A stretch of 62,981 bases of DNA, the filler included, from Craspedostauros australis (Eukaryota): NCBI GenBank assembly GCA_030167865.1. It is 8 parts of 8 records of this genome, joined end to end, with 100 filler letters (N's around TTAATTAATTAA, not from the genome) between each part and the next. Parts side by side here need not be neighbours in the genome. Positions count along the whole stretch, not along the records: positions 11,372 to 17,593 come from JALAGF010006295.1; positions 17,694 to 22,788 come from JALAGF010006298.1; positions 22,889 to 52,831 come from JALAGF010006299.1; 5 more parts are not named here. One strand, given 5' to 3'. Below the pieces are notes generated by a model. That model ran no database searches and was not told where the DNA came from. It was given only the letters and a program-made list of their open reading frames with translations. This document shows positions 12,464 to 24,708 of this stretch, in pieces. Both the position numbers and the translations under genes were made by a program. Each line of letters starts with the position of its first letter. Position 1 is the stretch's first letter.

Positions 12464-13401
12464 CTCCGGAGGTCGTTTGTGATTGCGGAAAGGATGAATG
12501 TAGTGGCTGTGGATGCTTGTGGATGGCAGATGCTAATTTTGTGGTCGTTGCGTGGGTCGGTATCATCGCTTGCGTGAAGTTGTTCTCCCCCAGAGTATCA
12601 GCGTTTGCGGCTCGTGGTCGGGATTGGCGGGATTGTCAGTGGTCTTGGGACGAGCATTGACACAGACTTTCGGTTCGTTTGGTCGGCAAAATCGTTTCTG
12701 GTCGTCGCCTTTGGCAACACGGTTGCGATGGTGGGCGAAGTAGAAGCGGCTAGGTTCGCGGATGAGAAATGGAAGGCTGCAAAAGTCATCCGCTCATGAC
12801 CTTTCCTTGTACATAAAGAGGACTTTGTCCAACGAACACAAAAAGCCCATGACTCAGTCGCTTGAGAACCAATCAAAAATGTCAACAAGACAAATTCTAA
12901 CGCCGAAAAGTGTCATGATATCGCAAACATGTTAATTTCACCTGTGGACGTGACACTTTCCTGTCGTATTATTCTGAATGACGTGTTGTTATTGGGCGTT
13001 TCTGCCACGTTGCACAGACTATAAGTACAATATGTTGAACGAACCTTCTTCGATTGAATAACCTTAATTGGTAGTACTCTGAAAGTGGTGTTGGTATTGC
13101 TAAGAAGTCGAAGAAGCTGGAAACTGTATGTCATATATTACGTCCGTACTCCATTCCGTCAAGAAATGAAACAAAGGAGAAGAGGGCGACCAGTTGGAGA
13201 TCACAAAATGATCTTCTCTTGTGCAAAACATCACGACACCGTATACAGTAACGACAGCATGGTTGCGCAGACTCATGGATCGTGGCAGACAAAATACATG
13301 CGCACTCTCGAAGGCATCCACACGCCCTTGTCGTCGGAAGTCGAGGGGATCTTGGACTGGATCATAAGATACCACAACGGAAGCGAAGAAGCACAGCAGA
13401 A

Positions 13402-15890
13402 ATGGACCCAATCACCGCCAACGGCAACGGCAACAATGCTGGCCTCGATCCAGGCAACGACACTGGCTGCACCACCGACAATCATGATGCGGACACAGCA
13501 CACGCCAATGTGGACGCAGTGCCAGACGCACCACCCGCGATGCTTACAGAGCCCATGATGAACGAAATAGCGATCGATGTAGAATCGGTCACCTCTCAAG
13601 AGCGTGATTCGCCAACGGTTACGACCAACGGCGCACCACCAGAAGACGCGCCTGATACTTCTGCTCCTGCTCCTGCTCCTCATCTTGCTACTGATTCATC
13701 CCAGCCACAAGAACTAACCTCTTCCGACACCTCGGATCGGCAATCGGCAACAGATGCCAAGCAGAAGATCCGTCGCAACCGTCGCGTAGTTCAGAGCGGG
13801 GCCGTGAGGGTCCCCTCTCCTGCTGTGGACAACGATGCTCTGTCAGCATCAACACCGTACGGCAGAAAGATGAAGGCTGACGCAAACGCAAACACAGCAG
13901 TCCCCTCGTCCTCTACAGCACCTAACGCGCACCATCGGCACGATGAAAATAAAGCCAAACTGGAAAGTGACGCCATGCCTCGCGAAATGAAGGAAACGGG
14001 GACTATGTTGGCACATACCGGCAGTGGCGGCGTCCTTGAAGCGGGAACAGCCGACACGAAGCGCGTGGACGGCGATCTTCAAGATCCATCACATTCGACA
14101 AACGATTCGAGAGCTGAAGACTCTGCAGAGACAGGAGACAACTGGATCAGCACCCTGACAGCTCCAAATCACGAAACCGACAGCGTCAATGCGAAAGAGG
14201 ACGAAAACGACGCGGAACGCAAGATGCCCGACGAATCGGGTCGCCGAGACCAATATCCTCAGTACGTTGAGGGCAGCAGCACCCATCTCGGTTCAGGCCC
14301 CCAATGTTGGGTCGGACAAGAAGATGGCCAACACCCCTGCGGCGACTCTTGGCGCCGTACATCAATCCGAAGAGAAGAATGAGTTGCACCCCGACAGCAA
14401 TGCCTCTCGCTCCGGCAACGGCAACATCAACACCTCCAACGGAATGGCGAGGTTCTCTGCGATAGATCGCACCGAGAGTGCATCGCAAAACGTCGATCCC
14501 ACAACCTCAGTTGCGTCCAATCGCAACAGTGCCACAACTGTGCCCAACGACGCCACAGCTGCCCAAAGCCAACCGGACTCCACTTCCGCGGGCGATCCTA
14601 TTTTTCACGCTGTTCTGGTGACCGCCGACCCAGTTGATGACGCTGACGCCATTCCAAGGAATGAATTCGATAGTCGGATGCAAGCTCATTGGGAGCAGCA
14701 GCGCCAAATCATGGCAGATGAGATTCGGAACCAAATCCAACATGAAATCACAGCGGCCGCTATCGTTGGTGAGGTTGTCCATGGCGGTGCAGCAGGTAGG
14801 CCCGATTCCGTCAGTGCAGGGCAAAGCACAGCCGCGGTCGCCGAAACAACCGCCGGTGCTCCAACCGAAGGCTTCGCAGACGAGTCGGGACAGGTAGAAT
14901 CAAGATCGACCGGCAATTCCTCCGCGTCACGGGGACGGAAGATTGGGGTGATTGTTGCCATTGCCGTTGCCTTGATCACTGTCGGAATTGTGGTCATCAC
15001 TCAGACCACGGGCGGCGGGAGCAAGAGTACCGATGGCAGCAGTGATACGGCATCGCCTTCAGCTTCACCTTCAGCACCTCCATCCGACAATGTTGTACTG
15101 TCTGGCACACCACAACCAAGTATCATGCCATCCTTTGCTCCCAGCTTCGACCCGCCGCTTCGCCCATCATCTCTGCTCAGGCCGAGTCAATTACCGTCAG
15201 CACAACCGGTCGTACAATCGACATCAGATCCAACGGCAAGACCATCCACCATTCCGACCGCGCAGCCGGTTGATGAAAGCTTCATCGTTCGGCTCCAGCG
15301 CATCGCAACCGATGTTTCCGGCGCGGCGGCACAACAGCCGTCCACACCACAATCAAGGGCATTGAATTGAATGATCTCAGAGGATCCCGGGCAAACGGAA
15401 GAATTGGATGACGTTGCATTGGCCGCAAGGTACATCCTCGCCGTGCTCTATTATTCCTTGGATGGCGATTCGTGGTCATTCCAAGTTGGATTCTTGAGTG
15501 CTGGTGGGGTTTGCAGCTGGAACAGGGACAACCATCCTTCCGGTGTGGATGTCTTCGGAGTTGGTTGCGGGAATGATGGGATCATCACTGAGCTTAGACT
15601 GAGGGAGAACAACATGATAGGACCACTACCATCCGAGATCGTGCGCCTTGTTGGGCTGCGTAGATTGGAAATGGGTGATAATGACATATCTGGTCCCATT
15701 CCTGACAACATTGATGAGATGGTCGATCTTGAATTTGTCACGATGCAAGGCAACCTCATTGATGGGACGATTCCAGCTGCACTGGGCAACTTGCCGAATC
15801 TTCGCAGCCTCAGCTTGTTCAACAATGTGTTGAGCGGTGTGGTACCAACCTTTGACGGGAACATCAATGCATTGGAGGAACTCGATTTGG
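13402..15890 (+). pseudogene. Type II membrane LRR protein (diatom LRR receptor-like family), disrupted
   Basis: Disordered N-terminus, TM IGVIVAIAVALITVGIVVI, S/P-rich stalk, PQSRALN*MISED, RYILAVLYYS, VCSW..GVGC, LRRs (GPLPSEI, GTIPAALGNL). Frame change near 14200-14380, TGA at 15368-15370, and a TE after the GT donor at 15891. Confidence 0.75.
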
Positions 15891-16009
15891 TAAGTTGGCG
15901 TCTCCGTCAGCAAGATGATTTTATGTTCACTTCATAGATGCGTGCATGGATCATACGGATCGAGCATTGTGCGTTGTGCGTTGTGCATTATGACATTGGC
16001 ATCGTGTGT

Positions 16010-17593
16010 TATATATATCACACGGATTCTAACTGTTAGGTCATGCGCCGGGGGCGCTTTGATTCCGCCTCGTTTATTCTACGTGTCAGCACGCAGCGGG
16101 AACGGATGCATATGTGTTGCTTCTGTGTGTCGTGGGCTATCATCGCTGAGAATGCGGTTCCCGCAGCGGCTGGTTGTTGGGAGTGCCTTCGTGTGGTCGG
16201 GTACGGGCGTTGCAGCTAGTGTTGCTCATCCAGTTCACCAGCACCTTGTCGATGGGCGTGTCGAGATGTACATGTGAGTATATGTCAAGATGTACGTGTA
16301 TATGTGCATCGTTCACCCGCTATTCTCTCATACGTACGTGGACGGTATAACTATACTCGTGTCGATAGTATGCTGTGATTCGTCAGAATTACAGAGGAAA
16401 TGGAACACACGAAAGGGGGNNNNNNNNNNNNNNNNNNNNNNNNNNNNNNNNNNNNNNNNNNNNNNNNNNNNNNNNNNNNNNNNNNNNNNNNNNNNNNNNN
16501 NNNNNNNNNNNNNNNNNNNNNNNNNNNNNNNNNNNNNNNNNNNNNNNNNNNNNNNNNNNNNNNNNNNNNNNNNNNNNNNNNNNNNNNNNNNNNNNNNNNN
16601 NNNNNNNNNNNNNNNNNNNNNNNNNNNNNNNNNNNNGAGAGCAGAAGGACGCCTACTGACGTCGACAGGATGTCAACATGTCACCACGTCGACAGATGTC
16701 TCCAAGTCAGAGCAGGAGGCAAAGATACGATGACCCATGAAGATCATGGATACTGAAGGTGAACTTCAAATGGTAAGTACTCATGGAGTAGAANNNNNNN
16801 NNNNNNNNNNNNNNNNNNNNNNNNNNNNNNNNNNNNNNNNNNNNNNNNNNNNNNNNNNNNNNNNNNNNNNNNNNNNNNNNNNNNNNNNNNNNNNNNNNNN
16901 NNNNNNNNNNNNNNNNNNNNNNNNNNNNNNNNNNNNNNNNNNNNNNNNNGAATCTACGAAACAGATTGAAGCGCCGAGAGCATCGGGCAAGAGAACGGGC
17001 GTACACCGAGAGCATTGGAGTAGCCAAGTAATGAAATAGCAAACAGATGACTATCAACCAACACCATCTTCCACGATCGTAGGTTACCGTGCGCGGAACT
17101 TGCCAACATGGGCGGAGCGGAGTCGCCGAGGCTCTGGCGCAAGGCCTGGACCCAGGGGATGACCTGGCTGGCCGCCTCTGTGCTGGGGGGGCGTTCCCAG
17201 AGCGGGCGCAGCACCGCTGGTATGGTGGACGGTGCCTGCGATTGCAACGCTTGGAAGTACTGGAGCAATACTGGTGTCATGTCGTCTTGCGTCATGGCTG
17301 CCTTAGTGTCGTTCCGATCCTGCCACTGGGCCAGCACTGCGTGCCACAGGGTGTTGGTGACGCTGGCCTGCCAGTCATGGAGCAATCGCGGGGCCCGTCT
17401 GCAGCGGTGAGGCGCCATGGGCGGCGCCTGTGATCTCCACTGAACGGCCCATCCTCCCCAAACCATTGCATTCCAACCCACCTTGCTCTGGTGCAGCTGT
17501 ATGTCCCTGGTGGGAGAGTCTCTGATGCCGGACGGTGGGAGGCCCCCTGTGGTGATGCGTTGTATGGCTGTGCACACTAGCTGGGCGACGGCC
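16010..17593 (-). mobile_element. Non-LTR retrotransposon ORF2 C-terminal fragment and 3' end, split by solo-LTR copy B
   Basis: QLHQSKVGWNAMVWGGWAVQW...LWHAVLAQWQDRN Trp pattern typical of algal LINE ORF2 C-termini. The frame resumes left of the insertion (SAPP|IDKVLVNW...SQR*). Confidence 0.65.
16259..17108 (+). mobile_element. Solo-LTR-like repeat, copy B, with 6-bp TSD TGGGCG
   Basis: TG...CA ends. TGGGCG at 16253-16258 and 17109-17114. Confidence 0.85.
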
Positions 17594-18047
17594 NNNNNNN
17601 NNNNNNNNNNNNNNNNNNNNNNNNNNNNNNNNNNNNNTTAATTAATTAANNNNNNNNNNNNNNNNNNNNNNNNNNNNNNNNNNNNNNNNNNNNTCCGTTG
17701 CAACAGCGTGCTCCCACGGAATCCCATGCCTACCTCACCCTTCATGATCGGAGTGCCCAGCATCTCTCCAAATAGAGATGGTGTGATCTTCAGATGCTTC
17801 ATCAACCTTTCCACCACAGTCCTCATCGCCATCCCCGCCGTTCAGAAACGGCGATTGCCACATCGGCATGTCGCAAGATTCAGTCGAACCCTGCACAATT
17901 CTCGCCTGCCTAAATCGCCAACTTTGGTCAGCAGCATCCCACAGAGCAGCTCCCAAATGATCATATATAGCCAACAAAGCTGCCGCTGCAGCAAAACACC
18001 GTACTCAATTTGCGCAGCATTTGCCTCCCAGGTTCAGCTTTGTGGTG

Positions 18048-19444
18048 TTAAGACCTTGCCAACACCCACTCCTTCACATGATTGCAAACAACGCCGGTGA
18101 CCTCCGAAATGTCCTGGAAGAGCTGGTGATGGCCACCCTTGACTTCTTTGAAGGTCTTGTCCTCGGATTGTGCCAGCTGCTGCACGCGTCGCACGGCATC
18201 TGTGTCGACACGGACTTCCTTCTCTCCCATGAACACTGCGATTGGTGCCTTGATGTCTCCCAGCGAGTCGTTCACGTAACCGAAACTCGTCAAGACTGAC
18301 GCGATCATCCCAAGCCGCGGTGGGATTGTTGCTGCTTCCTGGATGATGGGATCCGCGCGCCCGGCCCTCGCCCAGCGTTTGTCACCGAAGGCGAGATCGA
18401 ATGTACTGAAGAAGTCAGTTCCTGGCATCTCTAGCATCGGGAAGAATCGTGCAACGAACTTCAACAAGGCCACCACCGGCTTGGGCGGGAGCATCTCGGC
18501 TGTAATGTGATGCATGAGGATGGAATCAAATATACGTGTGTGTGTGTGTAATGGAGTGGTCGCAAATGAACAGCGGAGGTACAGGAGCAATCAATGTGGG
18601 AATGTGTCGAACTCAATTCCGATGTTCAAGGCATCGCAGCATGTCGACATTGCTTGCCGTCAAACGCAATCCACGCTCACGTTCATGTACGCTCCTACAT
18701 CAACGCCCGCAGTTACGAGGCTCCGGCATGACAACAACTGTTCCAGATGACCGACCGCCGACCGACTGAACAGTCGCGCAACAGCAGCACTAGCAGCAGA
18801 AGGAACTACAGCAAAATCCAAAACAGCCACTTACGCAAGAGTTGGATGACCGGACCCGTCAGGATGTACCCATCTGCCAATGATCCACTTTCGCCTTTCA
18901 TCTGTTCGACAAGCATTTGCTTCAGCACAATATGACCACCAAAGCTTTCCCCCATCGCGAAGATCTTCCTGCCTTCGAATTTGCTTCTCATGTCGTTCAA
19001 AATCTTGGTGAAATCGTTGGTGATGGTGTCGATCGAATCAAAGTACGCTCTCATCCCATTGGTGCTATCGCTGTATCCGCATCCAGCCTGGTCATACGAA
19101 ATGAATGCAATTCCAGCCTGCATCATGGCCTGCCCGAGGATATCGGAATACCCGGAATGGAATCCTGCGCCACCATGATGAAAGAGGATGACGCTTTGGA
19201 TGCCATCGTCAGGGACCCAACGCCACATCGCCAAACGGATCCCTGTGGCGGAGGTTGTGAACTCGTCGGGCTTCCCAAGAGGAGCGACTGTGTCCTCGCA
19301 GGAGCCCTCCTCGCTAGAAGTTCCTTGGCCCCCCTTTGCAGAACAGGATTACGCAGAAGCAAAGCTATCTGCTCCCTGCCAGAAGAATCCCACGATGAGC
19401 AGGAGAAGCGGCAGGGTGAATGTCGAATGGTGAATCGCTCTCAT
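18048..19444 (-). CDS. Alpha/beta hydrolase (Hydrolase_4, monoacylglycerol lipase/lysophospholipase-like), with an in-frame TAA after the signal peptide
   Basis: ILFHHGG, YDQAGCGYS, nucleophile GESFGG, GGHHQLF. Exons 19444-18835 and 18499-18048 (GTAAGT...CAG intron). TAA at 19351-19349. Confidence 0.82.
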
Positions 19445-20205
19445 GTTGTGATGATGGTCGGAGTTGTGGCTGCTGCTATTGGGCGAATTGTGAGAACTTC
19501 CGACCACGTTACGTTGCATCGTGTTGCGTCCTGTCGATCCGCGTCATGGTGCAAATGCGAGTACTTGCATGTGCATGGTTCTGTCATGGCTGCGTTGTCT
19601 CCGTTGCGTCAAGGCGTGGGTTGGTGCCTTGTGGTGGAAGTCACCAAAGACGCGGTTCTTCTCCGCGAATGATTCTGGAAGTTCGCGTTGACGCCAAACA
19701 TCTCTTCTGGCGTATCTTTTCGGATCACGGGCGTGTTTGAACAATTCGATCGTGTTCTTGGAATGCGTGGCGACTTGCGACGCCTCACAAATCAAACAGT
19801 GCTCTTGACATCCTGGTTCTGCAATACGAGTCGTCGTCTGTACCATTACTATTCTACTCTGTTCACAGCTGACCTTGGGAGATGAGACTGGCACAAACCA
19901 TCTCCGTAGTGGATTGATCTGTGCAGCGGTCACCACCACAACCAAAGAGAATCAACAACGTGACACCAGCGGTGTCAAAAATCGCTGCAATCGTCATCAA
20001 AATCAGCAGACGTTGTGGTGCGACCGGCGATTCTACATCTACATCTACATTTCTGGCGTGAAGGATTGCTACATTCACCCACTCATCCATGCCGATCAAC
20101 ACCGCGCTACATTGTTCCTTCTGTCAGATGTCCGCCACGTGCATCAATTGCGATGGTGTGCCGTTGCAATGGCGCTCTCATCTGATCATTCATAATCATT
20201 CATGA

Positions 20206-22788
20206 TCACTCATGGTCCGTCAAGATCGAGATGTTATCATCTTCGAACATTTCGTCAGCCTGACTGTTTTCATCACCACTGCCACTGTCACTACTCGGCA
20301 TCGAAGATGCTTGTGGCCACGTTGTCTTCGTCGCCACGCTTCCCACCATTACGCTCTGCCCACTTCCACCAAAGTTCAGCCGGATGCGATCGCTGCCTGC
20401 CTGGAGATGTGTCGGAAGCACCACGTGCCCTGGCTGTTGCTCGTGCTTCTTGAATAGCCGGCAGATCTGCTCGTCATCGATGTACTGCGAATAACGTTTG
20501 CGAAGATCGTCCACCTTGGTGAGGACTCCCCAACGATGATAGTATGAGCATGCTTGGGAGACGTGCTCGATGATGGCATCGGATTCCATCTTCATCATGA
20601 TCAGGTAGTCAGCGAACCGCTCGCATGCAAGTCCTGCTTCGTGGATGCGCCCNNNNNNNNNNNNNNNNNNNNNNNNNNNNNNNNNNNNNNNNNNNNNNNN
20701 NNCAAAGTTCAGCCGGATGCGATCGCTGCCTGCCTGGAGATGTGTCGGAAGCACCACGTGCCCTGGCTGTTGCTCGTGCTTCTTGAATAGCCGGCAGATC
20801 TGCTCGTCATCGATGTACTGCGAATAACGTTTGCGAAGATCGTCCACCTTGGTGAGGACTCCCCAACGATGATAGTATGAGCATGCTTGGGAGANGTGCT
20901 CGATGATGGCATCGGATTCNATCTTCATCATGATCAGGTAGTCAGCGAACCGCTCGCATGCAAGTCCTGCTTCGTGGATGCGCCCAACCGCATCCGAAGC
21001 GAAGATGGCATCGTAGAATGCTCCCTTGATGGCATCGATGCTCTTCTGCGTGCTCTTGCTCTTGTCCTTGTTGTCATCGCCATGCTTTGATGTTGCTGCA
21101 TTGTATTCGGCGCGGATGATGAGATGCCTGCTCGCGTGGCGATCACCCTTCGTGGCGCAAGCCGACCTGCTGCTCTTGTAGACCTGTTTGAGCTGTCGCT
21201 TGTATTTGGGGCGCTTGGTTTGACGGTAGAGAGAAGCAGCCATGAGAGCAATGTACAGCAACCGAGAGCTCTGAAAATTGTATATTGGGTCGTCTGAACA
21301 AGACTTCTCAAGGCGCTCGAACAGAATCTTCGCAACATCGAACCTTTGGAAGTAGGTCGTCAGCAGCTGTCGTGTCCAATAGCCAACCTTGAGGACGAAG
21401 GCAGTCTCCTTCGTCTTCACGATGCCTTCGCCAAAGTGGGCGATGTCATCCCAATTCATCTCCTCTTTTCCAATCAGAATGGCCGGCAACTTCGCGTGCT
21501 CCTTGAACCACTCGATGTTGGATGACACCTTGAACAGTGCCATCTGGTCAAGCATCAATTGATACGATCGATACATCTCTGGCATGGGATGTCCCTCCCA
21601 TTCAGCGACCATGTTGCCGCTCTGCCAGCAGAAGAAGCCAGTTTCGAAGTCTCCCCGCTGCATACAGGCAGAAAAACCTCGATGCAACTTCTCGATGATG
21701 ACCCCCGCAGGTTCATTCCATCCGTATATAAAAACGCCGCTGATCACGTCAACCCACGCCTGAATGTAAGGGTCAGGATCCCGACGGATGATCGCACTCG
21801 CCAAGTTGGCGAGGCGCGTGGCGACGGCCTGGTTGCCTAGCGCAGTTTGCACCATGCCGGCACTCACGAAACCCAACGCAGCCTCAGCACAGATACCATG
21901 ACGAATGGACATCCGGACGACCTTCATCGATGCCATCATCCATTCCACAAGGTTTGCTCCCAGGAATGATCGGATGATCAGTTGGAACATGAATTTGTTT
22001 GCCAGCACCCTGTTTGTATCGCGCAAAGCTGGAAGAGACAGGATCTGTTCATTGCTGTGGCGCTTCAAGTACGATGTCAGCCACAACAGATCTCGGGCTG
22101 CATGCAGCGCGTATGCTCGCCTCGGGTATCCAGCAAGCAGACGGATGGTCCTTCTGCTCAGCTGCACGCACAGATCCTGCTTGTCCTCTTTCGCGTACGC
22201 TGATACCATGCAGGAGTACACCGGGAGCTTCTGCTCGGTTGTATTGGCCTTCTCCAGCACCATGTGACCGAGCTCGTAGCCCAGCTGGTAATGCCCAAGC
22301 GTCAGCTCCACATCTGACCGCAGCTGGTGCAGGCGAAGCGAGAGATCGTATTGATCCTCCCATGGATTGCGAAGCTTGTGGAACGCATGGTGGGCCAGCT
22401 GCAGGTACATGGCCGCTGGTGCCATCGCTGCCATCTTCAACGCCTGCTGTCCGACTTCGAGGTTGAGCCGCAGCGAGAATGCATGATCCTTGGTCGGAAT
22501 GCAATTGAGATGGTCGGCAGCGACGAAGAGCAGGCTGGTATCGATGGTTGGTAGTGACCGGCTGTCGCTGTCGCTACTGTCATTGCTGCATGTAAATGTG
22601 GAGGTCGACGTTGTCGTAAGTGGCAGCTGGTTCTGTTGGCAGTACAGCCTCCAGATGTGCATCCCGATCCTTTGCTTGAGCTTGCTCCTCGTTTCACCGA
22701 ATGGGATCATGCTCAGCGCAGCTTGTTGAATGCGGTCATGTGCAAAACGGAATGTCTTGCTCCCCACCGTGTTGGAGAGGAGACCATC
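20206..22788 (-). CDS. STAND ATPase (COG3899-like) C-terminal winged-helix/TPR-like region, 5' truncated
   Basis: FRFAHDRIQQAALSMIP, VAADHLN, LNLEVGQQA...AAMYL, WEDQYDLSL, HEAGLACERFA, YHRWG..TKV. The internal repeat across the gap at 20653-20702 is an assembly duplication. Confidence 0.85.
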   Translation of the reverse strand, partial: DGLLSNTVGSKTFRFAHDRIQQAALSMIPFGETRSKLKQRIGMHIWRLYCQQNQLPLTTTSTSTFTCSNDSSDSDSRSLPTIDTSLLFVAADHLNCIPTKDHAFSLRLNLEVGQQALKMAAMAPAAMYLQLAHHAFHKLRNPWEDQYDLSLRLHQLRSDVELTLGHYQLGYELGHMVLEKANTTEQKLPVYSCMVSAYAKEDKQDLCVQLSRRTIRLLAGYPRRAYALHAARDLLWLTSYLKRHSNEQILSLPALRDTNRVLANKFMFQLIIRSFLGANLVEWMMASMKVVRMSIRHGICAEAALGFVSAGMVQTALGNQAVATRLANLASAIIRRDPDPYIQAWVDVISGVFIYGWNEPAGVIIEKLHRGFSACMQRGDFETGFFCWQSGNMVAEWEGHPMPEMYRSYQLMLDQMALFKVSSNIEWFKEHAKLPAILIGKEEMNWDDIAHFGEGIVKTKETAFVLKVGYWTRQLLTTYFQRFDVAKILFERLEKSCSDDPIYNFQSSRLLYIALMAASLYRQTKRPKYKRQLKQVYKSSRSACATKGDRHASRHLIIRAEYNAATSKHGDDNKDKSKSTQKSIDAIKGAFYDAIFASDAVGRIHEAGLACERFADYLIMMKXESDAIIEHXSQACSYYHRWGVLTKVDDLRKRYSQYIDDEQICRLFKKHEQQPGHVVLPTHLQAGSDRIRLNFXXXXXXXXXXXXXXXXXGRIHEAGLACERFADYLIMMKMESDAIIEHVSQACSYYHRWGVLTKVDDLRKRYSQYIDDEQICRLFKKHEQQPGHVVLPTHLQAGSDRIRLNFGGSGQSVMVGSVATKTTWPQASSMPSSDSGSGDENSQADEMFEDDNISILTDHE

Positions 22789-24708
22789 NNNNNNNNNNNN
22801 NNNNNNNNNNNNNNNNNNNNNNNNNNNNNNNNTTAATTAATTAANNNNNNNNNNNNNNNNNNNNNNNNNNNNNNNNNNNNNNNNNNNNCAAATACTCGCA
22901 TGGGACGTTACGCCAAGCGAGCTGCGATCATCGACCGCCTGACTAATCTGGGAAAGGCCAAAACAGACACTCGAACACCCAACGGATCTTCACCATGATG
23001 CAACGGGAAGTCCTTGGAATGGATAGTCATCGTGCCAACGAGGACGAGCATGAGTATGAGCACGACCACATGCTCACTCACAGGGATGAACAGTGACTGC
23101 AGAATCTCCAGTAGACTGCGCAGCGAGATTGATCATGATCGATGATGAGCAATAGATGATCGACGATAGACGATACAACGGGTGCAGTTCTCCTTGATAG
23201 CGATGTCCAACAACCAAAACCGCAACACTATTTGCAGCAGCAACAACGGAATGGAGGGACGGAAGGAGGCACTCGGATCAGTGGATTCCCATCATGTCTC
23301 ATTCACACCCGTCAGCGCGTTGATGAGAATGAGCCGTGGAACGTCGCGTCTTCCATGAATAGATAGCCATTGTGTGCTTCGTCGAGAGAGCTTCTTCAAC
23401 TGCTACTTTGGTCACGACATGCAGTTGGGCACTCCGCATCGAAGAGCATGCAACGACCACGGGCGAATTGATCGCGGCGGTACTCACTGTGAAGATCAGA
23501 TCCGTCCTTGGAGGGAAGGTGACCTGCTCATCGTGGAGTGGAGGAGAGTAGATGGATGAGGTAGCCGTGCCGGCGACGAGTGACTTCTTGTACTCTTCAC
23601 GATATCACTGATGTTGCTCCGTTGATTGTGGAGGTGGTGGCGACAATCAGGGCAGCCATGGAATGCCTTCATGGAATGCCTTTATGGAATTCATCCACAT
23701 GCCCTTGACATCGCTGCCGACGTTGCTCCTGCTGCTGTTGATGTTGATGCTGCTGATTGGGTTGTTGAGACAACGGCGAATGATGAGAACATCAAGTCAC
23801 ACATAATGCCTACATCAACCACATCCACTGGTGGCCATCCATCAATGGCGCAGAACTTCCTGATGATCGCGTGGATCAGCTGCGGCATGCTCCATTCGTT
23901 TCGCACTGTCGTTCCACATGTTGTTCCGTGATGCGTTCAACCTTGCTGCAGGTATCCTCTATTGTCCATTCTCCATTCCCAAGTCTCTGTTCTTGTGAAC
24001 AAGAAGTGCCGGTTGTGACTGCTTCCTCTTCGTCATCTATCCATCCACTATGAACGAGTACGAAAGTGCCTTCCGAGATCTCGCTACCAATCAGGCATGG
24101 TTTGTTGATCAATGCCATCGTGGGTGTTGTCGGGAATGCCCCATCATTCAGATGGTGGTTGATGACCGACGGTCGATGGTCGATGGTCAATGGGTGTGTT
24201 CCTGTCCGTCCTCTCTTGCACGTACTTGGCGTTCCTATCTCCATTTGTGTCTGTTTGTGTTCTTGTTGGTTGGACGGAAACTGATGGTCGCGAAATCTGT
24301 GTTGCTGATTGTGCACATCGAAAATCGACTCTGTTGGCCACTCCGTAGGTGACGCGGACAGACGGAGTCTCCCTTCACGACTGAGAGGCGAAACGCCCAA
24401 CAAGAGATGGAGGCTGCGTGAAAAAGTGCACAACACACAAAAGAACCCCTTCGCATCACATCAAGGAGAGTTGGATCCAACCAGCACACACGATGACATC
24501 GCGATCAACAGGAACGACGACAGCACCATTCATCCTCGTATCGAGATGATGTGAACAGTTCGTCCACAATATTATATTAGTATAGGTACGGGTATGATAC
24601 CAACACACGCACGCACACACACGCACACGCACTCACAATCACCAACTACACCATACAAGAGGAGAGGAGACTGAGGACAACCACGATAGCGAGAACGAAC
24701 ACAGCACC

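Noticed and set aside
15368..19351. Alternative genetic code or stop readthrough to explain in-frame TGA/TAA
   Set aside because: Neighbouring genes end normally at TAA, TAG and TGA and use TGG for Trp. Isolated mutations are simpler.
20372..20985. Internal repeat in the STAND protein C-terminus
   Set aside because: Duplicate sequence across a 50-N gap, so an artefact.
22889..24700. Possible genes in 22.9-24.7 kb and 32.0-33.9 kb
   Set aside because: Only short motif-less ORFs and simple repeats. Treated as intergenic.
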